Origin: Phallusia mammillata
Taxonomy: Eukaryota
Assembly: GCA_965637545.1 (NCBI GenBank)
Contig: OZ281495.1
Coordinates: forward strand, 28,520,001 to 28,584,000
Length of the DNA stretch: 64,000 bases
Reading direction: 5' to 3'
Shown here piece after piece: positions 24,701 through 36,400 of this stretch. The position numbers and the translations under genes were made by a program. The notes under the pieces were generated by a model, which made no database searches, was not told where the DNA came from, and saw nothing but the letters and a program-made list of their open reading frames with translations. Numbering within the stretch: the stretch's first letter is position 1; each line of letters opens with the position of its first letter.

Positions 24701-26589
24701 GCCTAACATTCAGATATAATGTTCAAAATATGTGTCAACATTTAAGGACGAAGTTTTGTAACCTTAAAAACAATTCCTTATACCGAACTTTTGATCTATT
24801 GGACGTAGAAGTGATATTGTCAATAGTTTCTATTTTGTAAAACATTAGCTCGCTTTTCCCATTTCTTTCACTATGATATCTTTTTACGGCCTTGAAAGTT
24901 GTTTGTTTTTCCTGGCTTACCACACTGCAAACTTGCAGGTTATATCGACAGGATTGATGTGTGTACTCAAGAGCATCGATAACAGGTTGTAGGCAGACTT
25001 GTTTGTACTTGGACTTAATTATACTTGCTTAGTGACCCAGACCGCCGCTTACTACATTGTTTCGAAGCAACCAAATCCAGCAATCTTTTTAGGCTTTGAC
25101 CCCATAAAGCGTAAGACTTGATCCGTTAAAAAGAGGCATTTAGCAAATAAAAACATATTAAAACATGCAAAATGTGGAACCTATAACTTATAAGGTTTAT
25201 GAAAAGAGGTTGCTTATTGCGTTAAATATTAACATTTTGCTTACTGTGTTCCACAATACGAAATGCACCACTCATGGGTCATAAACTTGTATTTTGCAAC
25301 CTGAATTTCTTTGCCAATTTTCTTTAATCCATAGTAACATCCAACATAAGATGCTAAAACAGACGTTTCAGGATTAGCACATCTGTCCAGCGTGATTGAA
25401 ATCAAACCATTGCCGCACTTTCACAAACGACTGTAATTCGTTCCTTGAACCGGGGTATTAACGTCGATTGGATCCCAATTATCTTTCTAGAAAGTTAAAA
25501 CAAATGTATCAAACACAACCAGTAAAGAATAAGCCCTGTATATTCAACCAACGTTAGTTTTTTGACCTTATCCACACGCAGTTACTCATTAACTATCATA
25601 CTGCGTTGTACAACAAAATGATTTTGGAAAGAAATATTGCATGACTGTTTACATAAAACTACTCATTCAACAATCAAGAAAATCTGTCACGTAGGCCAGT
25701 GGTTCTCAAACTGTGCGTCGCGACGCCCTGGTGCGTCGTTTCAATTTTCGAAGGGCGTCGCAAAAAAGTTTTGTTTCGTGGCTTTTTGTTGTTGTATCAA
25801 TAAACCCAACTTTAATAATAAGTTTCCTCATTAACTTTTATTTGCTGGTGCGTCGCAAGTTCAGAAAAACTTGTCCAGGGGCGTCGCAACAAAAAAAGTT
25901 TGAGAACCACTGACGTAGGCTATACCAAGCTAATCAGATATGCTTTGCAACCTTTTCTTATTTAAACCACACCTACGTTATTTTCAAAACTTAACAATAA
26001 ACTAAAACGTAAGTAACAACATTAGGCCGCTATAAATTTTGTGGGGTTTTTAGATTATTTTGGACAAGACATTTGTTCATGTTTTAACGTTTGTCATGTT
26101 TTTACAGTCGTTATCCAAACATAAGAGCCACAACTTATAATTACCATCTATGCTTCTAGGATACTTGGACGTTTGGTGTACTGAATAAGAGAAATCATTT
26201 GAGTTGAGATAAGAGTTTATTTCGCCTGGAGAACATAGCGACACCATAGCACTAAAACAATAACCAAGCCGGAAAAAGCTGCCCTAAGTAAAACGTTATT
26301 GAACTCATTTGGTGGATAATGCTTGAACGCGCAGCAGCTACACCGTACAAACACATTGTGCTGCAAGGCTACCTAAAATGACACAAACTTACTGATATAC
26401 TGCAAAAAATGGCTACATACAACAAACGACATACCTTTTAGATTCCACTTGAGAAGGTGCACCCCAAATGACAGTTTGCGATTCGTGATGATAACTTACA
26501 TTGTAGAACAAGAACGTACCCACAGCAACCAAAACAACCCCTGCCAAAACCTTCCATTTGCTCAACAACAAAGACTGTGCTGAAGTCAT
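21705..26589 (-). CDS. WSCD: WSCD copy 2: WSC-domain sulfotransferase (WSCD1/2-like), type-A 5' end, apparently intact (518 aa)
   Basis: Exons 26589-26435 ([29 protein letters not shown], signal anchor), 25486-25419, 25353-25245 (YVGCY..WCISYC), 24470-24271 (QCLC..CNITC..TCGG), 23960-23774 (WSC2), 23402-23149 ([24 protein letters not shown]), 22885-22679 (IKDH..IRNPY), 22081-21705 (YYED..FLP). All phases are compatible. The motif order matches human WSCD1/2 (FPGAGNTW..HATGFYTGS..KTH..IRNPY) from memory. Confidence 0.9.
22141..22357. mobile_element. Old MITE in WSCD intron 7 (shared by copies 2, 3, 4 and 6)
   Basis: TIR cagagttgtaagt / acttacagttctg; same end sequence as the 3167 element; no TSD left. 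Confidence 0.55.
25697..25912. mobile_element. hAT (Buster/Charlie-type) MITE
   Basis: TIR cagtggttctcaaact / agtttgagaaccactg; TSD acgtaggc (central TA); empty site with a single acgtaggc near 62025 in copy 7. Confidence 0.92.
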
Positions 26590-27276
26590 TGTCTTAGAAA
26601 CTAAACTAAACCGCAGCTCTGCCGGAGGCACCTATACTTAAGCGTACAGCTAAATGCTTTAACAGGTCAAGAGTGCTCAAAAGCGCCCTCTTTCGGGAAT
26701 GTTTTTGTTCGGATATTTGTTTGTTTTGGGGAAGTCCAGATCCATTGAAGGTGTTTGTACACCATACAAATAAATTACTACTTGCAGACTACAATTACCT
26801 ATGTGTTACCTGTTTAACGATACATACTAATGGCTTTTTAATTTGAAAAGTGCAGCTATTTAAGCGATGGCAGCTAAGACTTACACACGTTGTGTAGCAA
26901 AACATCGTACTTGAATAATATACCCAAATTTGTAACTTTGTATGCCTTGAGACATGAACAACTATTTATGTCACAAGAACCCTCGCAGTTTGGCGCCAGT
27001 AAGCTTGATTGAAAAAAGTAAATTTGACCATAAAGATTTGATGCTAACACTAAAGGTCAAAACTTTGAACTGTATTAGCTGTTGGGACAATATCTGATGG
27101 TGTCGGATATGTAATTCAAACAGTTCAGTGAACAAAGTTGCAACCAGCAAGTAATTTTACCAGTCAGGGTTGATTGCATTTTCACAAGGTGGTCATTTCT
27201 TGGTTATGATATTTTTCCGTAAGATTGTTTTTCACTTTTCCCACTGCTTTGTTGACTGATTCTCCGTTAAAGGTTC

Positions 27277-27433
27277 GCCCTTTTAGTTCGGCCCGTCTTG
27301 CGTAAGGCGGCAAATCTTATTTGATTTTCTCTTTTCGTCACATCTCTCTCACTTTCTCGACCGCCTTATTGACCTCTAACCTACTTTAGGGTTGAACAAA
27401 AATGGCGGTTTATTTTCGTGGCTTTCGCCTAGA
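27277..27433 (-). pseudogene. Relic 3' half of WSCD exon 8
   Basis: Translates as [34 protein letters not shown], homologous to [35 protein letters not shown], with stops. Confidence 0.8.
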
Positions 27434-27434
27434 C

Positions 27435-28213
27435 CAGGCGTGTCCAACACGTGGCACGCGTGCCAAAAGTGGCACGCAGAGCATTTAAAAATGGCACGCA
27501 AGCTTTTGCACATTCAGATAGTAAACATTTGTCACTCAATTAAATTTGTTTCTATTGATTCTTCTTGGCCTTTATTCCAACCTCTGTAAAGATTACCAGT
27601 GGTAAAGTTACACAACCCACTAATTAAATTGTTCGTTTTTGACAAAATTTAAAGCCTCCTTAGTCCTTACCATAGGCGTAGAGCTTCAAAAAATGCCAGG
27701 GGTGCGACTTTTGATCAATAGCACCGATATCTAAAAGCGGCTATAAACCCCTTGCATTGTTTAATGTTGGCCCATGAAATTTATTAACAAAAAAATTATA
27801 ATTATTTTTATTTCAGAAAGTTATTGCGCCACATAATACTAAAACGGTAGTGAACGTGCCATGTTTATGTCGCAATAAAATGCCGGTTTATTTCGAAACG
27901 ATTGTAATTGTTGCGTTTCAACCGATGTCTGTTCAACTAATTACGTGACTACAAACGCATTTGTGTTTAGTTGGAAAAACATTTCAAACCGACGTAACTT
28001 GAACAAAGATAAGTTTTTGACGCACACAAAGTACTCCAGTGCCCCATTTTTTTCTAACCGTTAAGTAGGGTTCTACATACTGGCCAAATATTCGGATTGA
28101 GCCCGTGCCGTTAAGACGTTTAAGACATGGTTTGGAAAAAGTAAAAGGCTGGCACGCGAGTATATTTTGAAACCAAAATTGGCACGGCGGTGTGTTCGAG
28201 TTGGACACCCCTG
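27435..28213. mobile_element. Non-autonomous hAT element
   Basis: TIR caggcgtgtccaac / gttggacacccctg; TSD gcctagac on both sides; empty site near 50591; subterminal ggcacg repeats. Confidence 0.9.
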
Positions 28214-30870
28214 GCCTAGACCTAGTCATACAACGTTTGTGAGCAAGTTTAAAAAGGGCAGTCAACATGTTTGGTGTTTACCAAGCGACATCCTATTGAT
28301 ATAATCATTTACCTCACACAACCTGCCAAGTCGTAACGTACGTATATATAAATGCGCTCGGTTAAACCTGCATATGAATTGTTGCCTGTATGGACGCTAG
28401 CACGAAATGGGAAGTTGGGCCACGTCTGAAAATTGCAATATATCGACTATAAGCGGTTGAAAAATTCTTCAAATTCTTTCCCCGTAACTTTAGTTTAGAA
28501 ATAACTTTTTGCTTCCAAAAGCAGTTTATAAAAATTCCTCCGGCATTTGCCTATAAAAGATTTTCATTTGGTTAGATATGAGAACATAAATAAGGAAGGA
28601 TGTGTAAGAAATAAACATTTTGTAGAATCGATTTTTCTATCACAGTATCAGAGTGGTAAGATAATTCTACAACATACTGGTGTATGCCCAGTTGTGGCAT
28701 CGCAGGTAGGAAATGGGATTTTACTTTTCTCCTAACAAACGAGTGCCGTTGCATGGCTACATCAGGCAATACGTCCGATCTCTCGTCACCAGCACTGATG
28801 AGAGCTTATAGGTCGTCAAAGTGTGCACTGTCTTTACATTATCATTTTACAACGCATATTGTAGATTTAGCGTTCAGGTTTGACCAACAAAGTCAGTCAA
28901 GATGTGTACATTTCGTGTACACTATACAGCATTTACCATTTCATTTCGGGTCCTCTTTCATAAGGCGGCAAATCTTTCTCAATTCCCCTATTTCGTAACA
29001 TTTCTCTCACTTTCTCGATCGCCTTATTTACATTTAACCGAACTTTGGGTGGAAAAAAGTAGGAGTGTTTTCGTGGTGGTCGCCTCGCAAGGCCCGTGTT
29101 CTCTTGACTCAAACAAGCAAGTCTCTCCTCAAGGTCACTCGGGTGGAGTGCAGGGTTGGGAAGGAACTCCACCATCTTCCTTACACTTGAGATCGGATCA
29201 GCCACTATGTCTTCGTAGTACATGACTAATACTGGTCTCTTCTAAGATAAAATTTTCTCGTGAAGTTTCGCCCATGACAAAACCTTCGCTTTCATTGTTT
29301 GGTTGATTTCTGCCACAAACAAAACAAAAGTTGAAAAATCAAAAACAACGTCGATCAATTGTAACCACAGAGTTGTAAGTGGGTAAAAGAACTTGGCCAA
29401 TAATCCCAAAGTACAAGGCCAAAACCCGACCTGAACACGCAATCTTATTGAAATCAGGATTGAATTATCCCTGATAGTTAGAATTGACCTGGTGCAACTA
29501 CGACGAAAATATAACCAAGTGTAAGGTTAGACTCGAATGAAGCCAATTTGCTCAAGCTTAAGCCCGGTCCGACTTACAGTTCGGATATACGAACATGTAT
29601 TTATTGCTAGTGTCAATTTTACGAGTGAAACTATCTGCAAACTTTTTTTATTTTGTGATCATTATGTGCCATGAAAGGTGTTTTGCAGTGTTTTAAACGA
29701 TCTTTTGAGATCGGTTTATTGCATGACTTATCCATACGTGTGCTTAAATCAGTAGGATACAAACACGTGCGCAATGGTAACAAAATGAACTCATCTTTCT
29801 GGCATGCGCAATACGCATACAATACAAAGGAATGGTAGAATTGCTTGCATAAATTTTACCAAGCTGTAAAAGAGGATTCAAAAATCAGTTAAAATATTGC
29901 GTACTTTGCTGTATCACTTCGTCTGGTGCAGACTTGACATGGCTCCCAGACTTTAAGGTCCAGTTGAAAAATGAAATAATGCATTTGTAGGGATTTCTGA
30001 TGACCAAAATGAACGCTGCAGAGAAATCTGAAATCGGCTTGTTGTTCACAAAATGACCTTTGATAATGTCCGTCCTGTTCTCTTTTACTTTAATACTTTC
30101 TCCCAGGTAACCTAAATAATAAAAAAGCGACGACCATCCTGAAACTATTCAAACCGGTAAATACAGCCTGGCCCGAGAAAGTTCTTTTTTTGCAGGTAAA
30201 TAAAGATTGATTTAGGTGCAAAAATTAGATATTTTAGCTTAAAATTCGGCACAAATGTGGCTGAGTGTAAAGTCAGACCCGAACCAATCCCGTTCAAATT
30301 GAACAAAAATCCGAATTTGAAACGAAACGTACGGACCCTTCCGACCTTCAACTCTGACTCAAAGGTCACTGTACCTATTCCACTGAGGCTTCGGTCGTTG
30401 TAAACACTTCCAGTGTAATAACCAGTGGCTTTCTCCAGCAAATACCGAGTCCAGGTGTTTCCTGATCCCGGATATGTAGTCAGTAAAGTCCCGTTGTACA
30501 TTCCTGCTGGGAGAAGACGAACGTTGCCACATCTTCTGTCTTCCACAAACATCTGGAATACTCCAACGGTGTCTACATTTTTTGTGTTAAGTCAATGCTG
30601 GAAAAACACTTGATTACAATGGTGCCGTAAGAGTATGAGATTTCGAAAGTTTTGAAACCTTTACAACCCGCTTTAGCTGTTGGATGCCCAAACAGTCAAA
30701 CAATTATGAGATGATGTTATAATGTGGTGATTACTGGAAGGCAATATCTTAGGAGTTTTAATGCATCCAATGTATCGAGAAGCCGCCTGGTCCGCAGTAA
30801 AAGACCCTGCTGAAAGCAAGTTAGTTAACCTCGATGTTTATTTCTGCATGTGCTGGGGATTGGTTTAGAG

Positions 30871-32148
30871 TCTAAAGTTCCCAACCTTTTTGTGGTCGAG
30901 TACCACTTGAAGGCAACGCATTGTTGCCGCGTACCACTTGTTTTTAGAAACGTATTTTCGAGAAGATAACTTTTTTATTTCCCGAATCGACTAATGCAAA
31001 TGTAACGAAGAAGTAAAAATGAAGAAAAGATAAATTTAATGAGCAATCTGTATTTGTTTGCCTTCTACAAGTCGATCGATGCGGGGCACAACTTTGCTTA
31101 CTGCACATAGGAAATCATGGCCGGGGGAAGTAAGGCGGTTACGACTCTTTGGCTTGATATTCATCATTAAAGAGAATCCCTACCCAAGATTTTCGCCGCT
31201 GGCATAATTAGAGACTCAGCAATTGTATGCGCCTTCATGTTTTGGGCAACCAGGAGGGAAACTTCAAATGAAGCTTTTACATTCCCAGAGCTGGTAGACG
31301 GCGCCTGTTTTATCAATGCGTTGTTGTTTAGCTTTTTCTCCAAGGCGCTGAAAGTAGCTAAGATCTTGGTCCTTTTTTGTAGGATGGTTTGTTTCAAGAT
31401 GCCGCTTGAGCAGACTTGGTTTCATGGCACTATTCGAGAGCGTCTTCATGCAAACCACGCACTGCGGGAGAACCTCGCCTCTGTGTCCAATTTCTACGAA
31501 TCCATATTTTAGATAACCTGTGTCATACTTTCGCTTCGACATTTTTCGAAATCAAATTGGTAAAACGTTTGTAACGCACTTTCTGCAGTAGACTCTCAAA
31601 GCACACTAATTCAACTACAGGCGCATTATCTCTACGCTTGTTATTGTTACAACGAAATAATTAGAACAAAGACATATTATTTTCTAACAATGCCTGCCTT
31701 ACTGGTGGCACCTTAAATGGGTTAGTTCAGTGGTTCCCAAACTATGCGCCGCGGCACACTTGTGCCGCGAGATGTCATTAGGTGTGCCGCCAAAAATGTT
31801 GAAATTAAAATCAATCAAGTAGAGCAGTAGTACCTGGTGCTTAGACCACTAGGCCAACATGCACCACGTCTATGAGATGTTCAACTAGGCTATTTAACTA
31901 TGAGAGTGCGCCAAATAATTTTTGTTTTTTCTAAAATGCGCCTTAAAAGAAAAAAGTTTGGGAACCACTGGGTTAGTTGGAGCAAACATAGACGTAACCC
32001 GTTGGATTCAGTAACAGACATTTTGTTATCACTTGTGATTTGTGTGCAAAAATACGGAAATCGCAAAAAAACAAAAGGTGTTCGCGTACCACCTGGAGTG
32101 CCGTCGCGTACCACTAGTGGTACACGTACCACCGGTTGGGAAACCCTG
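30871..32148 (-). mobile_element. Internally deleted Buster/SPIN-type hAT transposon
   Basis: Transposase N-terminus at 31542-31167, frameshifted: MSKRKYDTGYLKYGF..PQCVVC..LSNSAMKPSLLKRHLETNH (BED finger) then KASFEVSLLVAQNMKAHTIAESLIMPA. Right TIR ggttgggaaaccctg; decayed left TIR. TSD gtttagag / gtttagac (central TA). Empty site gtttagac at 18109-18116. Confidence 0.9.
31728..31970. mobile_element. hAT MITE nested in the Buster element
   Basis: TIR cagtggttcccaaact / agtttgggaaccactg; perfect TSD ggttagtt. Confidence 0.92.
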
Positions 32149-32206
32149 GTTTAGACTTTTTGATTATCGGTATTGGATCTTGCAAACAAGTTGGGAACTT
32201 AATACC

Positions 32207-32723
32207 AGGGAGTCGAACCGCTTGTCATATGGGTTCAGGTTCGGTTCGGGTTCACTTGGTTTTGTTTTTAAGGGTTCGAATTCGGTTCAGGTTTTAAAAT
32301 ATATATATTTTCGGGTTCGTGTTTTGTTCCGGTTTGGACAAATTATCCGGTCCGAACCGGTTTGCGGTTTCTAAACCGGTTTAAATTTTTATTCGTTTTA
32401 ATTTAATTCTACCCATCATCTACCTGGCCTTATCAAACTCCAAAAGAATTTTGCCCGTGCACTGTTAGTTTTGACACGCCCTATAGTGTTATGTCGCGTA
32501 TTCTTTAGTGCGCTGTTTGGAAAAAATCACAAAATATAAAACAGACTGCATTTTTTACTGGTTCGGTTCCGGTTCGGGTCCAACGCCAAACAAAATATGG
32601 GGTTCAACTCCGGTTTGGGTTTTTAGAAAATCGTAATTAGCGGTTCGGGTTCGGTTCGGGTTTAATGAAATTAACCGCTCAAACCGGTTCGCGGGTTCGG
32701 GTTCAGTTCCGGTTCGACTCCCT
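32207..32723. mobile_element. GGTTCG-rich TIR element in intron 4 of copy 3
   Basis: TIR agggagtcgaaccg / cggttcgactccct; absent at the paralogous site (gggaacttgaaactaaacc near 18170 and 53675); TSD unclear. Confidence 0.8.
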
Positions 32724-33028
32724 TCTTTAAACTAAACCGATTGCAAACAAAAGCTAATCCACCTTTAATACATTCTCCTTTAAGAAAATAAACTTCAACA
32801 CTCTTTTCTCCTCCACAAGTCCCGGGATCTTCTTCTATAATACTCCCTCCGCCGCAAACTATGTTGCATTGGTCAGACGAATTTCTGATATCGGCCACAG
32901 CTTGAAATTGTTTTGCACAAACGCATGTGATGTCTTTTACAGCCGCGTAATTAAAATCCCTGAACATAACTGACAGCTTTCAACAATGTATTTTGAATTC
33001 TGATATTGTGCAAACCTATGTTGAAATA

Positions 33029-33214
33029 CAGTGCTGGATTAACCATTAGGCAAAGTAGGCACGTGCGTACAGGCCAGTCAAAAATCCAGGTCACTTTATC
33101 TTTGTGACGATGGTTTGGCAGCACTGATAAATCTAATTTTTTAGTTGGCAACCCTGATTTTCGGGCCACTTATAAAATGTGCCTCCAGGCCAGCAGACCC
33201 TTAATCCAGCACTG
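33029..33214. mobile_element. MITE M1 copy at the left inversion breakpoint
   Basis: TIRs cagtgctggattaa / ttaatccagcactg; right flank actatata is the reverse complement of tatatagt. Confidence 0.9.
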
Positions 33215-33429
33215 ACTATATACATACATCTGCCACGTCGAGTATCGCCGCTTACAAAATGAACACTGGGGGCGCAACAGAGTATACGTTACGTAATAAA
33301 TGTGTAACACGATCTCTTGTCAGTCTGTCCTACTTGCGTGTTGTGTCACAACCAGATCAATCTTGACTACTGTGTGTTTGTCAGTCTGCATCAGAAAACA
33401 GAGGGTATAGGAGCGTTGCTTGTAATACC

Positions 33430-36400
33430 ATGAGGGAAAAGTTAGTATGTTTTTTTCTGGTTGCTCTGACAATGTTTTTCATTCACAAACAAACTTATGA
33501 CACCATATACTCAACCGTGGTTATGGGATCAACTTCTGCGGATGAATCTAAAAGGTGCTTTGAATGACATTTCTCTCGAAAGATATATATACATATGTCT
33601 TGAGTTTCGGCTGTAGTTAAACATGTAAACCATCAGCACAGTATGTCGGTAGCCTGACGTTACAGTTCTCTGGATAATGGTGGCTTGTCAAATGTCAAAA
33701 ACAATTTGTAAATTCAAACCGAGTCTGAAGAACCTGTCTTATTTAATGCTTTGAAATGTTGTTGATGTTGTTGCATGCAAACTAGTTTAAGACCACCGGA
33801 GCACGCCTCTTTTTGTATTAGTGCAACGTAAATATTTTTCTGACGACAGACTGGTTCGTTTTTCTGCAGTGGAAAAATATAGTGAACAAGTTGTTTTATT
33901 AAGCCTTTAGGAAACTTTAAGCCTTGACTTTAACTAAAGAAGCATCTAACAAGAGTATGTAAGATCAACAGGGGTAGATAGCATTTAGGCACAATTTGGT
34001 GTTTAATGTAGTATTTCACAGCTTTAACACGACTGACATATACATCCTGTTCGATTGGCAAATAGCCCATTCATCGTTATGAAACAATGCGCATTGTTTT
34101 AAATGTGTGACAGAATAAAAGCAGCGATTTTCAACAAACGTAAAGTCACATGAGTCGCAGTAACAGCAATATCAGCAGTACCTCGAACATACTAAAGCAT
34201 GGGACTACATAACTACGAAATATAACCTATTGTTCCCCTAATTGGACTGCATAATGACCTGCGCACCTGCTACACAATACTACTGTCATCTTGTCTTTTG
34301 AAGTGCTCTGTGGATGTATTGTACTTTAAATTTAATCTAGTTAGCTATACATATAAGTTCAAAGCACTTTTACTGACGTTTCTTTATCTTTTTTGTACCA
34401 GGGTGACAACTGAGACACAATTTACGTTACCATTTGTGTTCAAAAACGAAATTAAAGTTGTTTGCGAAGGTAAGCTTTACATGTACGAACCTTAAATAAT
34501 TCGAAACTTAGCCTCTAATCTTGGTTTATTACCCAGCGTCTTATATCGGATGCTACTACCGAATAAAGAAAATAGATCAATCAGTTACGTCTGTAAAATA
34601 CAAATCCATGACGACTGGATGGTGCGTTTCGTACTGTGAAACAAAGTAAGTGACAAATTTTTGTTGACCACGCCCCCTCGTAAAACAAGTGTTTCTCCAG
34701 TGCCGGAATAAGGGCCTGCTGGCCTGTAGGCACATTTTATAAGTGGCCCGAAAATCAGGGTTGCCAACTAAAAAATTAGAATTATCAGTGTTGCCAAATC
34801 ATCGTCACAAAGATAAAGTGGCCTGGATTTTTAACTGGCCTGTAGACACGTCTAATGGTTGATCCAGCACTGTGTTTCTTGTGTACACCCATGGGACAGC
34901 ATCACCAGGCAGGGGGTTCGAGATACATTTTTGAAATGAGAGTTGTTTTGACATATTTTTAAAGTATAGTTTCAGTGTAATCAGGAATATTTCTCGAATA
35001 ACATTTTTTGCAGCAAAAGGCTTTGAGTTTTACTATAAGTTACGACAATTGTTTGTTTTTTTATTTCTGTCAGTCTTTTTAGACAACGGCTGTGAAAAAA
35101 TTTTAATTCAAAAGGTAAGATGCCTTAGCCATTTCATTAGTCTATTGTGTTTAGAGCTATTTACAATATGACGCATAGACTGGATACAAGGTCTCCAAGA
35201 GATAAAAGTAAAGCATTAAACTGGCTCTTGCCAGCACAAACGTTGCCGCATTGTGCAATCAAAAGACAAGGATCCATTTCCATGAACTATTTTAGAGCAA
35301 AATTTGCTTAATTAACCAAATCACAAAGTGAGCAAAATTAATCCAAAGGTTACTGATGACCAAACTTCTGGGTATAATTTAGACATAAATCTACTATTTG
35401 GATATTGAACAAATGAAAATAAATTTGCTGCTCGAAATTGTTTGACAAATTTTTGCTTAAACACCTCCTCCAAAACTCCAAACATAGGTTTGCACAATAT
35501 CAGAATTCAAAATACATTGTTGAAAGCTGTCAGTTATGTTCAGGGATTTTAATTTCGCGGCTGTAAAAGACATCACATGCTTTTGTGCAAAACAATTTCA
35601 AGCTGTGGCCGATATCAGAAATTCGTCTGACCAATGCAACATCGTTTGTGGCGGAGGGAGTATTATAGAAGAAGATCCCGGGACTTGTGGAGGAGAAAAG
35701 AGTGTTGAAGTTTATTTTCTTAAAGGAGAATGTATTAAAGGTGGATTAGCTTTTGTTTGCAATCTGTTTAGTTTCAAGTTCCCAATTTGTTATATGTGTG
35801 TGTTTTGCAAGATCCAATACCGATAATCAAAAATTGTAAACTATTCCCCAGCACAAGCAGAAATAAACATCGAGATTAACTAACCTGCTTTCACCAGGGT
35901 CTTTTACTGCGGACCAGGCGGCTTCTCGATATATTGGATGCATTAAAACTCCTAAGATATTGCTTTCCAGTAATCATCACATTGTGACCTCATCACATAA
36001 TTGCATGACCGTTTGTCAAAGCGAAGAACATCCGCTCGCATTTTATGACAGAAAGAATTGCTGGTGCGGAAGAGCAGGCAAAAGGTTGTGTTATTCATTA
36101 GGTTTTCTTTTTCTTGACCCATGGTCGCTTTCAAAGGTAAATTAATTTTGTTTTGTAACCCCAATTTTGTAACTCATGCGACAAAACCCAATTGCTTTTA
36201 TAAATGTCGGTAACAAACTTTCCGTCGATATATATTGAATTTTCCTTTGTACAATTGGTTGACTGATGTAATAGAAACAACCCATCTGTTCAAAACTATC
36301 TCATAGTCAAATCTGAGAAGTTCTTTTTAAACTTATGATTCATTGATGATTAACATAACAGTACAAATGCATATCATTATGTACACTTTAAGTGTTTGAA

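Larger units (their letters stand above)
28933..32959 (-). pseudogene. WSCD: WSCD copy 3 (type B), disrupted
   Basis: Exon 8 (29309-28933), exon 7 (30111-29905) and exon 4 (32959-32763) are open. Exon 6 (30597-30375) is 223 bp (16-nt deletion, early TAG). Exon 5 loses its 3' half and donor (30806 to about 30689). Exons 1-3 are detached at the inversion breakpoint near 33029. Confidence 0.88.

Noticed and set aside
26590-26631. N-terminal extension (MPPAELRF / MSATELRF / MPTPQLRF) in the ORF track
   Set aside because: It starts at GTG, not ATG. The in-frame ATG of MTS is used instead. The ATG near 63209 opens only a short upstream ORF.
35050-35480. Apparent extra exons in type-B intron 3 (aaaag|gtaag donor, [10 protein letters not shown]...)
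   Set aside because: No phase-compatible open path. The true exons 2-3 were found upstream (34402-34645).
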